Source: Squalus acanthias
Lineage: Eukaryota
Direction: 5' to 3'
Assembly (NCBI GenBank): GCA_030390025.1
Contig: CM059433.1
Location: 19,160,001-19,224,000 of the forward strand
DNA length: 64,000 nt
In this document: positions 24,985 to 37,784 of the stretch, piece by piece
Numbering within the stretch: the first letter of the stretch is position 1
Layout of the letters: the number at the start of each line of letters is the position of its first letter
Program-made: the position numbers and the translations under genes
Notes under the pieces: generated by a model
What the model saw: the letters and a program-made list of their open reading frames with translations, nothing else
Told to the model about the DNA's origin: nothing
Databases searched by the model: none

Positions 24985-26079
24985 GGGGGGACCTTAAGTG
25001 TAATGGCAATTTGTTGGGTCAGAGCAATGAGAGCTGGCTTTGCTATACCTGAACTGGGAGTGCTTGATGCTTACACCAGGTGCCTGAAATGGGAGTATTC
25101 CTTCCCCCAGCAATAACACCTCTCACCTTGATGAGTAGAAATATTCACCACAAAACTTTTCAATGAACCAAGTCCTGTTGTGTATTCTCTATTTTGGTTA
25201 CAACTGCAGTGACCCATGAGCGTACCAGTCCAACTTCAGATTTCTAAATAGCACCCACAAAGCATTTCTACTGGAAAGAAAATGTGTTTCCCATTTCCTT
25301 TTTTAAGTATTTGTTTAGTGGAAAGTAAGAACAATATGCGTTCTAGTAAACTATTAGTGAAGCAGTTACTAGGCAGCCAAATGTTTTCTGACTTTGGCCA
25401 GAATTAGGTCATGTTTACTAAAGCAGGCGGATGTACTAGTTTTTAGTACAGAAGACTGATTCTAAAATCTGCTGCACACAGTTGTGATCACTTTCATGCT
25501 ACTTTTTTGCTTTGTTGTGCTAGTGATAGATTTTCCCCTTCATTGAGCTTCACAGAACATGCGTAGCAATGCATATGATTAGTTACCAATGCTGCTACAA
25601 AGACGACATTTGTAGCACATTTTTTCTTGGTTTTAATGGTGCCATTGTGCGTGCCTGCATTTACAAAACTATTAAAATGCCTTGCAAGATATTCTACAAG
25701 ATAGCAATGGTCCTTTTAAGTGTCAAATAAGAATGTTAAGCATTCAGTTTTAAGTCTCTGCACTTTTCTCTCATATATGCTGAAAACCACTGCTTTTATG
25801 CAGTCTCAGTGTTTCAATGCACGTGAGCTGATTAATGTAATTTCCCTATTAAAGACACCTAATTCTATGCAATCTAAATTCAAGTATGTTGCACAAGTTC
25901 GGACGAGGATGCACCCTCTCCACGTGGTCTAATGCAGCTCGAGAGAAAGTGTAAGTTGGGAAGAATGGCCCAATCAGTTGTGATAAATAAACTAGCCGTG
26001 TACATTTGGCTAGGCTAAAATAAATCGGTTTGTGATTATGAATGACAGAATAGTGATGCACAAAAGAATCATAGAATAT

Positions 26080-27370
26080 AAACAGAAAATGTTGGAGATA
26101 CTCAGCAGGTCAGGCAGCATCTGTGGAGAGAAAAACAGAGTTAACGTTTCAGGCCGGTGACCTCTCGTCAGAACTGGAAAAGGTTAGAGACGCAACAGGT
26201 TTTAAGCAAGTACAGAGGCAGAGAAAGGGGGGAGGGGAGGAAAGAGCAAAAGGGAAGATCTGCGATCGGGCGGAAGGCAGGAGTGATTATATGAACAACA
26301 GAACAATTACCAGCACTATTTGGGAGCAGTGGTTATGATTAGAAATTGTTGAACCCTTATGTCGAGTCCGGAATGTTGTAAAGTGTCTGATCGAGAGATG
26401 AGGTGCTGTTCCTCGAGCTTCTGTTGAGCTTCATTGGAACAGTGTAGGAGGCTGAGGACAGAGAGATCAGAGTGGGAGTGGGGCGGAGAATTAAAATGAC
26501 AGGCGACCAGAAGCTCACGGTCATGCTGGCGGACTGAATGGAGGTGTTCAACAAAGCGATCACCCAATCTGCATTTGATTTCCCCAATGTAAAGGAACTG
26601 TATTGTGAGCAGAGAATGCAGTATATTAAATTGAAAGAAGTACAAGTAAATAAATCGCTGTTTCCCCTTGAAGGAGTGTTTGGGGCCCAGGACGGTGGGA
26701 AGGGAGCAGGTGTTGCATCTCCTGTGCTTGCATGGGAAAATGCCGTGGAAAGGGGAGCAGGTATTGGGGGTGATGGAAGGGTGGACCAGGGTGGCGCGTA
26801 GAGAATGATCCCTTCGGAATGCTGAAAGGGGAGGGGTGGGGAAGATATATTTGGTGGTGGCATCGTGCTGTAGGTGGTGGAGGATTATCCATTGAATGTG
26901 GAGGCTGGTGGGGTGGAAGGCGAGGACAAGGGGAACCCTATCTGGGAGGGAGGAGAAGGGGTGAGGGCAGAAGTGCGGGAAATGGGATGGCACGTCGAGG
27001 GCCCCCGTCAATCACGGTGGAGGAGACCTCTCGGTTGAGGAAAAAGGAAGACATATCGGAAGCAGTGGTGTGGAAGGTGGTATCAGAACAGATGCGATGG
27101 AGATGGAGAAACTGGGAGAATGGAATAGAGTCCTTTCAGGAAGCGGGGTGAGAGGAAGTGTAATCAAGATAGCTGTGGGAGTCAGTGGGCTTATAGTAGA
27201 CATTGGTTGACATCCTATCCTCAGAAATGGAGATGGAGAAGTGGGAGAAGGGAAGGGACGAGTCGGAGATGGACCATGTGAGGGCAAGGGTGGGGTGGAA
27301 ATTTAAAGCAAAGTTGATGAAATTTTCCAGTTCGGGGCGAGAGCAGGAAATGGCACCGATACAGTCATCA
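26080..27370 (-). mobile_element. Penelope-like retroelement 3' part (RT C-terminus, GIY-YIG endonuclease, pLTR)
   Basis: YIGEIKCRLGDRFVEHLHSVRQHD..LVACHFN...KLEEQHLISR (GIY-YIG); YYKPTDSHSYLDYTSSHP readable near 27150-27200; DRVPLVLAFHP linker; frameshifted. Confidence 0.88.
26139..26175 (-). ncRNA. Minimal type I hammerhead ribozyme motif
   Basis: Minus strand AGUU-CUGACGA-G-AGGUC-ACC-GGCCU-GAAA-CG-UU-AACU; core intact, helix II kept with a G-U pair. Confidence 0.78.
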
Positions 27371-27419
27371 GCCCAATCCCACTCTGACCTTGGCCTCCTA
27401 CACTGAAGCTCAACGGAAG

Positions 27420-29500
27420 CTCCTCAAAAGTTCACCCTTGACCTGTATGTCCTCTCCAGCTACTGCCCCATCTCCAACCTGTCTCCTCGCTAACATCCTC
27501 AAATGTGTCAACACATCGCAGATCCATGATGAGCTCCCCCCAAAACTTGCTATTCATATACCTTCAGTCAAGCTTCTGAGCCCACCCTAGTCAAAGTCAC
27601 GTGTTACATGACTGTGACTACAGTGCGTTACCCTTCATTATCCTGGGAGGTCAATCTTGCTGTTCAAGACATATCCCAATAGAGCGGTGCCAGAAATATG
27701 TCACTCCAAAGCACGTAGATTGACCTTTCCATGCGTTTAATATGGTCAAACATGCCATCCTCCTCCATTGTCCAGCTCTGTGGGACTGCCTTCATGTGGT
27801 TTCACTCCAATCTGTCCCAATGCAACAAGTGTATCTTTAGCATTAGCTTCTCTTCTTACCCCCAGTCACCTTTGGACTCCTAAAAATTTATCCTTGGCTG
27901 CATCTGCAACCTAATTGACATGCTTTCCCTGAGTGATATCATGAGCAGGAACGGGGTAAGCTTCCATCTCCATGCTGATGACATCCAGCTCTTCCTCTCT
28001 ATGATCATCTACATGCTATCAGACTTCTCGAGTCAAGTTATGGATTTCAAAGTTTCCTCCAACTGAATACCGGCAATACAGAAACCAATGGCCCTGAATT
28101 TGCGGTTGGGGGCTTCCCGCGGGGAAATGCCTCCGATCCGCAAACAAGATCCGCGCCTACCTGGGGCCTCGGGATCCACGGCGACTCGCGCTCCTGGGCC
28201 TCTCCAGGGACCCACGGGTAGAGGCCCACGTATCCCAGGGGCGCATGTGGTTCACGTGGGCTGGTCCAACAAATGTAAGAAAGGGATCCCCATTCATGCT
28301 TATGGGGATTCCGTATGTACGGAAGTCCCATAAGTATGAATGGGAATACTCCAAAAAATACATGTATACATCAAATGAATAAAAAAGTAACATTTAAAAT
28401 TAATTAAAATGCCATTTAATTAAATATTTAAAACAAAAATGTAATTTTTTGAAAAATAAATGTTATGTTTTAAAGGGGCTAAAAATAAGCTTACCTTATT
28501 TAACAGGTGTTTTAATGTTTAAATGATTGAAAAAATTTATTTTTATATTCATTTAAACTCTTACACTGGTAAAAGCAGGCCTTATGCCTACTTTTACCAG
28601 GCGTAAGAATTTCACAGGCATTCGCTGGGCAGAGGTTGGGCAAATAGCCCAACTCTCCCGCCCGCGGATGCCCTTTTCCCGGGGATGTGTTGGATCTATC
28701 AAGAAGATTCTTGACAGATCGCAAGTTCCGGGTTTTCGCGCATGTGTACGCACCAGTAAGTGCCGCAAAATACGGGCCATAGTTTTCAGCCTCTGCCATA
28801 AACTGTGCTCCTTTGCCACTGACTCCAATCTTTACTGAAGCAGGCTGTGTGAAACCTGGTATTCGACTTGACCCAGATCCCATTCATCACTAACAGTATT
28901 CAATTCCACCATCTCAACATCTTCCGCCTCTACCACACCCCACCAAAAATATTATCTATACTTTTGCCATCTCCTGATTCTACTACTCCAACATTCTCCT
29001 TGCTGATGTCCCATCATCCATAAACTGCAACTTGCTCAAAACTCAGCTCCTGGTATCGAGTCCCACAAGTCCCGCTCATACATCAATTCCATTCTCTCAG
29101 CTCGACACTGGCTCCTTGTCCCTCATCAAAGTGACTTTAAAATCCTTGTCCATGTCTTCTAGTCCTTCAGTGGCTTTGTTAGCCTTAACTCTGCAACATC
29201 CTCCAAACCTTTGTCCCCTCTGGTCCTTTGTGCATTACCTCTCCCTTCACCACACTATCAGTGGCAAAGCCTTCACCTGTCGTCGCTCCACACTTTTTCA
29301 CTAAACCCCTCCTCCTCCTCTCCAAACCTTCTGAAAACCCATCCCTTCAATCAAGGTTCTGGTTATCCCTTCTAGCTCTCCCACCTTGCTTCGGCATCCG
29401 TTCCTTAATAATTTTTATCTATATTTTTCTCTTATTTTTTGTAACCCCCTTGAGATATTTTCTACTTTAAAGGCTTAATATAAATGCAAGTTGTTAAATG
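27420..29500 (+). mobile_element. Decayed L2-clade LINE split by a MITE
   Basis: HADDIQL (CATGCTGATGACATCCAGCTC, ~27971), GAAACC|ATAGTTTTC (E-T-I-V-F) restored across the MITE, L2-type tail ATATAAATGCAAGTTGTT. Confidence 0.7.
28090..28778 (-). mobile_element. MITE, same family as 16654-17391
   Basis: TIRs GGCCCTGAATTTGCGG / rc GGCCCGTATTTTGCGG (13/16); shares the GATCTGTCAAGAA..CTTGA.AGATC hairpin and CTTACGCCTGGTAAAAG...TAAGGCCTGCTTTTACCAG block. Confidence 0.8.
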
Positions 29501-30865
29501 TTATTTTTATATAACAGAAGGATACAATGTGATAAGATTCTCACAACTTTGCTCCTTGTGCGCCATTTAGCCTGTACCATCCGTTGAAAAAATATCATAT
29601 ACCTGATGTGTACCTTCTATTTTTACCTTTCATTTGGTTGAAACTCCTATTGAAGTACATCAATCTAACTTCCAATGATGCATACTTGGAAACTTGTACT
29701 ATAGAAAAACAATTGAAGATAGTGCAAGTAGAAATCTAGGAGAACAGTTTTTTTTGAAACCCAAGTCTCTTTTGTGTTGAGAAAAGTTATTTAAACAATG
29801 AAAATTAGTCAAACACTGCGTGACTCTTTGTTCTGCAATTACCAATCAATTCTAGAATGACGATGTAGCCACTTCAAAGGTTTGACGAAATTGTCCGCTG
29901 AAGAATCCCCTTTCCCAATTTCCTTTTAATTATGGATGAAAAACAAAAATGTTTTTCTACCCAAAGCCATGAATGAGTCAGTTAGCACCTGTAATTTGAT
30001 TCAATTCCTCACTGCTGTACAACAAGCTTCCTTTTCCTTTCTTGGCATTGCAACAGTAAATAAAATCTAATCCTCAGCTTTATTTCCTCAATAATTAAGA
30101 CAAGCTTGCTCACATCCGTAAAACCGGATCTATATTTTGGATGTGATGAAATAATGCCAGAGCTGGACTATGTAGCAGCTTGCACTCTCTGCACACTGTT
30201 AACATCTCTTCAGACTTTAGATATTCTACACACACGCACACATATAAATGTATACAAGTAAAAAATGTTTATCTTGGATATCAAGGAACAACTAAAATAG
30301 TCACATCCATAGAACAAATATGGTACGGGCCTGATTGGTCTTTTCTTTCTCCAGACTGTGTGTGCCCAATGCTGTGTCTAACTACTTCTTGCAGCAGCAA
30401 TAGTCTTTTGAAGATTTGGCTGCATTTTTACTGAAAACATGCATTTAAAATATATATTTTATTGCTATCATAAAACATATCGTTACACAATATTGCAAAT
30501 AAAACTTAATTATGTACATTCTGAAAATGCAGGATGTGGACACAGTGAGTGTTTCAAACTCAAATAATCACAGTGCAACAATCTTAATAGGTGGCTAACT
30601 TGGTTTCTACCGGGGCAAGTTTTGCTGCTTTCTGCCAGAACACCAGCTAGGGAGATGATTCCATAAAGAAAACTCTCTTACTTGAAGCAGAGGGTCTACA
30701 TAACTGTCTCAGCTTGGAGACCTTCTGCAACTCAATCTACATGCTTTAGAGGGACAGAACTCTGACACCACTCCACTGGGAGATGGCATGAACAGCAAGA
30801 TTGACCTCCCAGGCAAGGCTCCAGAGTTCTCCCATTGAAACACTGAATCAGGCTTGATGCAGATG

Positions 30866-31314
30866 AAAGAAAGAACGGCTTGCATTTATATAGCGCCTTT
30901 CACGACCACCAAACATCTCAAAGCGCATTACAGTCAAAAGTGGAATTGCTGTTGTAATGTGGGAAATGTGGCAGCCAATTTGCGCACAGCAAGGTCCCAC
31001 AAACAGCAATGTGATAACGACCAGATAATCTGTTTTTGTTATGTTGGTTGAGGATAAATATTGGCCAGGGCACCGGGGATAACTCTTCTTCGAAATAGTG
31101 CCATGGGATCTTTTACGTCCACCAGAGAGCGCTGATGGGGCCTCGGTTTAACGTCTCATCTGAAAGACCGCATCTCTGACAGTGCAGCACTCCCTCAGCA
31201 CTGCACTGGAGTGTCAGCCTAGCTTTATTATGTGCTCAAGTCCCTGGAGAGGGACTTGAACCCACAACCTTCTAACTTAGAGGCGTGTGTGCTACCAACT
31301 GAGCCACAGCTGAC
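30866..31314 (-). mobile_element. Deu-SINE, full length
   Basis: Reverse complement of the 256-705 family from tRNA head to tail. Confidence 0.85.
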
Positions 31315-31349
31315 ACAAGATGGTCTTGAGTTTTCTTTCTTATTTCACA

Positions 31350-32070
31350 TGGAAATTCAGTGTTCAGAGAGATTTGGGTGTCCAGTACAAGAAACATAGA
31401 GTTAGCATGCAGGTACAGCAAGCAATTAGGAAGGCATATGGTATGTTGGCCTTTATTACAAGGGGGTTGGAGTACAAGATTAAGGAAGTCTTGCTACAAT
31501 TGTACAGGGCTCTGGTGAGACTGCACCTGGAGTACTGTGCACAGTTTTGGTCTCTTTATTTAAGGAAGGATATACTTGCCTTAGAGGAGGTGCAATGAAT
31601 GTTCACTAGATTGATCCCTGGGATGAGAGAGTTGTCTTATGAGGAGAGATTGGGAATATTGGGCCTATACTCTATGGAGTTTAGAAGAATGAGAGGTGAT
31701 CTCATTGAAACATATAAGATATTGAAGGGGATTGACAGGGTAGATGCGGAGAGATTGTTTCCCCTGGCGGGAGAGTCTAGTTTAGGGGGCATAGTCTCAG
31801 GATAAGGGGCCGGCCTTTTAAGACTGAGATGAGGAGGAATTTCTTTACTCAGAGGGTTGTGAATCTTTGGAATTTTTGCCCCAAAATGCTGAGTCTTTGT
31901 GAGTATATTCAAGGCTGAGATAGATAGATTTTTGGACTCCAGAGGAATTAAGGGATATGGAGATCGGGCGGGAAAGTGGAGTTGAGGTCAAAGATCAGCC
32001 ATGATCTTTTGAATGGCGGAGCAGGCTCGAGGGGCCGTATGGCCTACTTCTGCTCCTAATTCATATGTTA
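31350..32070 (+). mobile_element. CR1-clade LINE 3' end (family A)
   Basis: MLAFITRGLEYKIKEVLLQLYRALVRLHLEYCAQFWS, RRMRGDLIETYKILKG; family tail. Confidence 0.9.
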
Positions 32071-32134
32071 TTAAATATTAGAAGGTCTTGTGCATTCCTT
32101 CACATGCCTTCTAGCATTCATTTCAGACATTCGA

Positions 32135-32505
32135 GTGTTAGCCGTGTCTCAGTTGCTAGAACTCTCGCCTCTGAGTCAGAAGATTGTAGGTTCAAGTCCC
32201 ACACCAGAGACTTGAGCATAAAAATCTAGGCTGACACTTCAGTACAGTACTGAGGGAGTGCTGCACTGTCGGAGGTGCCGTCTTGATGGTGACCTGCTCT
32301 CAGGTGGATGTAAAAGATTCCATGGCACTATTTCGAAGAGGAGCAGGGGAGTTATCCCCGGTGTCCTGGCCAATGTTTGTCCCTCAAATCGACATCACTA
32401 AAACAGATTATCTGTTTGTGGGACCTTGCTGTGCGCAAATTGGCTGCTGCGTTTCCTACATTACAACAGTGACTACACTTCAAAAGTACTTCATTGGCTG
32501 TAAAG
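32135..32505 (+). mobile_element. Deu-SINE with internal deletions
   Basis: tRNA head (CTCAGTTG...GGTTCAAGTCCC) and TAAAAGATTCCATGGCACTATTTCGAAGAGGAGCAGGGGAG block. Confidence 0.8.
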
Positions 32506-32989
32506 TGAAAGTCTTTTTTTAAAATATACCCAGGAGAGCACAGATTCAACATGTGCATTTTTTTCAGTTTGTTCTATAAATGTTAAGAATGATCACATGC
32601 TGTGATTTAGTGTACTTGTCTGTTTTTTGCATTAATTTGTGCAGCTGTTAGCTGACAGAATATGCACATACTCCCTAAACTGCAACAAATTTTAATATTC
32701 AAGTAGTTGAAAGGAAAAGTTTAGTATAGGGAATGGATAACTATACAACACTCCTTTGACATACATCCCACTGCAGCAATAATAAAGACGCACTGCTTTG
32801 GGGAGTCCCTTGATCTACATCACTTCAACGCATTCACTTCTCTAAAATAGGTAAATAAAGGTCTCCAGAGAGCGCTCTGCTACTATGATTACTAAAGAAA
32901 TAAACCCAATTGTCTTGGATTTATGTAGCAGTAACATATCATTCTTTCTGCAGCGGCCACCAGTAAAATTTCCCACAAGATCTTTTTCT

Positions 32990-35170
32990 TTATTCATTCA
33001 TTCATGGGATATGGGTGTCGCTGGCAAGGCCAGAATTTATTGCCCTCGAGAAGGTGGTGGTGAGCCTCCTTCTTGAACCACTGCAGTCTGTGTGGTGAAG
33101 GTACTCCCACAGTGCTGTTAGGGAGGGAGTTCCAGGATTTTGACCCAACGATGATGAAGGAACGGCGATATATTTCCAAGTCAGGATGGTGTGTCACTTG
33201 GAGGTGGTGATGTTCCTATGCGTCTGCTACTCTTGGTCCTTCTAGGTGGTAGAGGTCACGGGTTTGGGAGGTGCTGTCGAAGAAGCCTTGGCGAGTTGCT
33301 GCAGTGCATCTTGTAGATGGTACACACTGCAGCCATAGTGCGCCGGTGGTGGAGGGAGTGAATGTTTAATGTGGTGGATGGGGTGCCAAGCAAGCGGGCT
33401 GCTTTGTCTTGGATGGTGTCGAGCTTCTTGAGTGTTGTTGGAGCTGCACTCATCCACGCAAGTGGCGAGTATTCCATCACACTCCTGACTTGTGCCTTGT
33501 AGATGGTGGAAAGGCTTTGGGGAGTCAGGTGGTGAATCACTCACTGCAGAATATCCAGCCTCTGACCTGCTCTTGTAGCCACAGTATTTATGTGGCTGGT
33601 CCAGTTAAGTTTCTGGTCAATGGTGACCCCCAGGATGTGGATGGTGGAGGATTTGACGATGGTAATGCCGTTGAATGTCAAGTGGAGGTGGTTAGACTCT
33701 CTCTTGTTGGAGATGGTCATTGCCTGGCACCTCTGTGGTGCGAATGTTACTTGCCACTTAAGCAACTGAAGATAGTTGGGCCTCAGACAGTGCCCTGAGG
33801 AACTCCTGCAGTGATGTCCTGGGGCTGAGATGATTGGCCTCCAACAACCACCTTCCTTTGTGCTTGGTATGACTCCAGCCAGTGGAGAATCTTCCCATTG
33901 ATTCCCACTGACTTCACTTTTACCAGGGCTCCTTGATGCCATACTCAGTCAAATACGGCGTTGATGTCACGGGCAGTCACTCTCACCTCACCTCTAGAAT
34001 CCAGCTCTTTTGTCAATGTTTGAACCAAGGCTGTAATGAGGTCTGGAGCGGAGTGGTCCTGGCGGAACCCAAACTGAGCATTGGTGAGCAGGTTTTTGGT
34101 GATTAAGTGCCGCTTAATAGCACTGTCGACGACACCTTCCATCACTTGCTGATGATTGAGAGTAGGCTGATGGGGCAGTAATTGGCTGGATTGAATTTTT
34201 CCTGCATTTTGTGGACAGGACATACCTGGGCAATTTTCCACTTTGACAGGTAGATGCCAATGTTGTAGCTGTACTGGAACAGCTTGGCTAGAGGCGCAGC
34301 TAGTTCTGGAGCATAAGTCGGGATGTTGTCAGGGCCCATGGACTTTGCTGTATCCAGTGCGCTCAGCCATTTCTTGCTATCACGTGGAGTGAATCGAATT
34401 GGCTGAAGACTGGCTTCTGTGTTGATGGGGCCCTTAGGAGGAAGCCAAGATGGATCATCCACTCGGCCCTTCTGGTTAAAGATGGTTGAAAATGCTAGAG
34501 CCTTGTCTTTTGCACTCACATGCGGGGCTCCACCATCATTGAGGATGGGGATGTTCATGGCGCCTCCTCCTCCCGCTAGTTGTTTAATTGTCCACCACCA
34601 TTCAAGACTGGATGTGGCAGGACTGCAGAGCTTTGATCTGATCCGTTGATTGTGGGATCGCTTAGCCCTGTCTATAGTATGCTGCTTCCACTCTTTAGCA
34701 TGCATGTCTCCTGTGGTGTAGCTTCACCAGCATGGCATCTCATTTTTAGGTACGCCTGGTGCTGCTCCTGGCATGCTCTTCTACACTCATTATTGAACCA
34801 AGGTTGGTCCCCTGGCTTGATAGTGATGATAGAGTAAGGGATATGCCGGGCCATGAGGTTACAGATTGTGGTAGTATACAATTCTATTGCTGCTGATGGC
34901 CCATCATGGATGCCCAGTTTTGAGCTGCTAGATCTGTTCTGAATCTATCCTATTTAGCACGGTGGTAGTGCCACACAACACTATGGAGGGTGTCCTCAGT
35001 GTGAAGACGGGACTTTGTCTCCACAAGGACTGTGCGGGGGTCACTTCTACCAATAATGTCACGGACAGATGCATCTGCGACAGGTAGATTGGTGAGCATG
35101 AGGTCAAGTAGGTTTTTCGCATGTGATGGTTCTCTCACCACCTGCTGCAGGCCCAGTCTGGCAGCTATGT
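32990..35170 (-). mobile_element. Family-B CR1-group LINE, longest copy
   Basis: Endonuclease end NLLDLMLTN...GRSDP, KSMGPDNIP, NPANYCPISLL, QFGFRQDHSAPDL, TIYKAQVRSVMEYS; the YADD region is deleted near 33760. Confidence 0.9.
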
Positions 35171-35694
35171 CCTTCGGGATTTGAACTCATGTCTCCATTA
35201 GTCAGGTCTCTGGATTACTAGTCCAGTAACATAACCACTATGCTACCTTTTCATCTTTCACATTTAGTATCTGTTTTCTTACATTATCTATAAAGATTTT
35301 CTTTTCTTCTTCCACTTTTTAAACTTATTTTTCTCATCTCTCCTTTGAGGTATCGCAACATCATCCACCATTAATAATAGAGAACAAGGACAGATGAATT
35401 ACTACAAGCTTTCCAATTTCCTCTATCCTTCTGGTGGGAAGTTCCTGTTGTTCACTCAGAACTATAGAACTTTACAACACAGAAGGAATGTATTTGGCCC
35501 ATCGTGTCTGTGCAAGCTGTTTGCGCGAGAAATCCAAAAGTTAATCACCTGCCATGCTCTCTTCTCATGGCTCTGCATCTCCCACTGCTTCAAATGTTTA
35601 TGCATTCCTCCCTTCCCTGATGGAAAAACTGAATTCAGGAATTCACTTTGAGAAGGAATCATGAGTATGAACTGCACCCCATCACTCTTTGATA

Positions 35695-36180
35695 TCGGAA
35701 CATCGGTACAGGAGTAGGCCATTCTGTCCCTCGAGCCTGTTCCGCCATTCAATTAGATCATGACTGACCTACACCTCAATTTCATTTACCCGTCTTTGCT
35801 CCATATCCCTTAATACCCTTACCTAACAAAAATCTATCTCTCGCAGTTTTTAATTTCTCAATTGACCTCCCAATCACCCCTTAATCGTCTACACTCAAGG
35901 GAATACAAGCCTAGTCTATGCAACCTGTCCTCATAATTTAACCCTTTTAGCCCTGGTATCGTTCTGGTGAATCTTTGCTGCACCTCCTCCAAGGCCAGTA
36001 TATCCTTCTTGAGGTGCGCTGGCCAGAACTAAACGCAGTACTCCAGATGTGGTCTAACCAGAACTTTATACAACTGTAACATACCTTCCACCCCTATGTG
36101 TTTCAGCACCTTTGAGATAAAGGCGAACATTGCATTCGCCTTTTAAATTATTTTTTGTACCAGTCCACTAGCTTTTAGTC
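35695..36180 (-). mobile_element. CR1-clade LINE 3' fragment
   Basis: Tail GGAGTAGGCCATTC...GTTCCGCCATTC; body is the reverse complement of the 13185-13812 type. Confidence 0.8.
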
Positions 36181-37784
36181 CAGCTACATTCTTCTGTGTA
36201 TTTTCAATGTAGAATTATAAAAGCAGAAAGAGTCACATGTTTTGAAGCACACATTGAAAATTCACTGAAATGCTGCCAAAATGTGCCTGCGGCTCATAAG
36301 GAGTTAAATCGAATGTAATAACATACAGAATGCCGACAACTATCATACAGTGGACATGAATATTTAATTACTGAAAAATAAACAAACTCTGGGAACAAAA
36401 ATCTGGAAATGGGTTTAGCTGCTCATTGACGCCAAGTTCAGATGTTTATGGCTGAATATTTGGCACTCTACTGTTGAGTGAGGCCCCTCAAGTTTTAGAA
36501 TCAATTATTTGCGTGTTAATAAGGGGAGGCGGAGTGGAGAAGAAAGAGTATGACCTGACTACAAGCCTTCCACGATACAATGAACCCTTCTTGAAGAATA
36601 AACACACATTTTGAAATATAGTCACATTAAATTAACTTGATAGCCTAACAAAACATATTACCATCTCATCTGGTTGGATCCTTATGTTTTCAGTTGTAAA
36701 GTTATGCATAACAGCAGTACATCAGAAATTCTTGAGAAAAGTTATTGAACTTCAAATTGAACAAGTTTTATGGCATGCTAAAACAGTATCAACATTATAC
36801 CCTAACTTGAAACATTTTCATGTTCATCTCATTGAAACAATTATTGTCAATGAGCCCCAAAGAGTTCTTATCAATCAAATGCGGTATTTTGTGAAGAAAT
36901 ACAGTGAACATCTGATTTTTTTTCTTAAATAACCTCAAAGCTCCACTGAACATTTAGAGCAAATGTAGTTGTTTGTCATATACTTGTCAGATGTTCAGAT
37001 TTAACCCCAACAGTCCAGATTTAAGGCTCTTGTCCATTGTCCACATTTGTAGTAGCTTTGTCCAAGTTTCAAGAATGTGTCTTAATATATATATTTTTTT
37101 ATAAAGAATGTGTTTTCTGGAAAAGGCTGAAAAAATGTTGGAAAGTTGTCATTATACACTATCTGTTGAACAATGTAATAAATCAATCACAGCAGTGCTT
37201 TTTATATTCCTAACGTAAAAAACATGCTAGCTTTTTATGAGGACATTGCTCCTGGGTCTTTACCATTAGGGAAATCCCTTCCTACAGACCCTCCTACCAC
37301 CCCAAACTGCTGGGATATTTTTGTTGACATCCATGTAGTTCAGGCAGTACAAAGCTAAAAATCCAAAACAAGTTGAGCATCAGAAGCTGGGTTGGCAAAA
37401 GTTAAATGAAATATAACACGACCAGATTTTCAAACTAAAATTGTTCATGGAAAGGCTTCAAAAAGAGTTCCTCTCATTTTGGGGCTGCACTTCGAACATG
37501 GTTGGAACTGTTATTCTGTTCTATTTTCAGTTTAATTAAAACTATGGAGTAATCACTACCAAATACCTGTCCTTGCATTAGTGCCCTGTTTCATTCACTC
37601 TCTACATAAACAATGTTTATGTGACGTATGCATATATATCTTGGAAAAAATGACCGTGTTTAATTTATCTGTTTTATGAGAAAGTTCAAAAGAAACTCAC
37701 GACAATCTGTAAATCATGTGGATGAACTTATCAATCACAAGCGGCCTTCGAAAGGATGCTTATGATTCACATTTTCACATCAAT

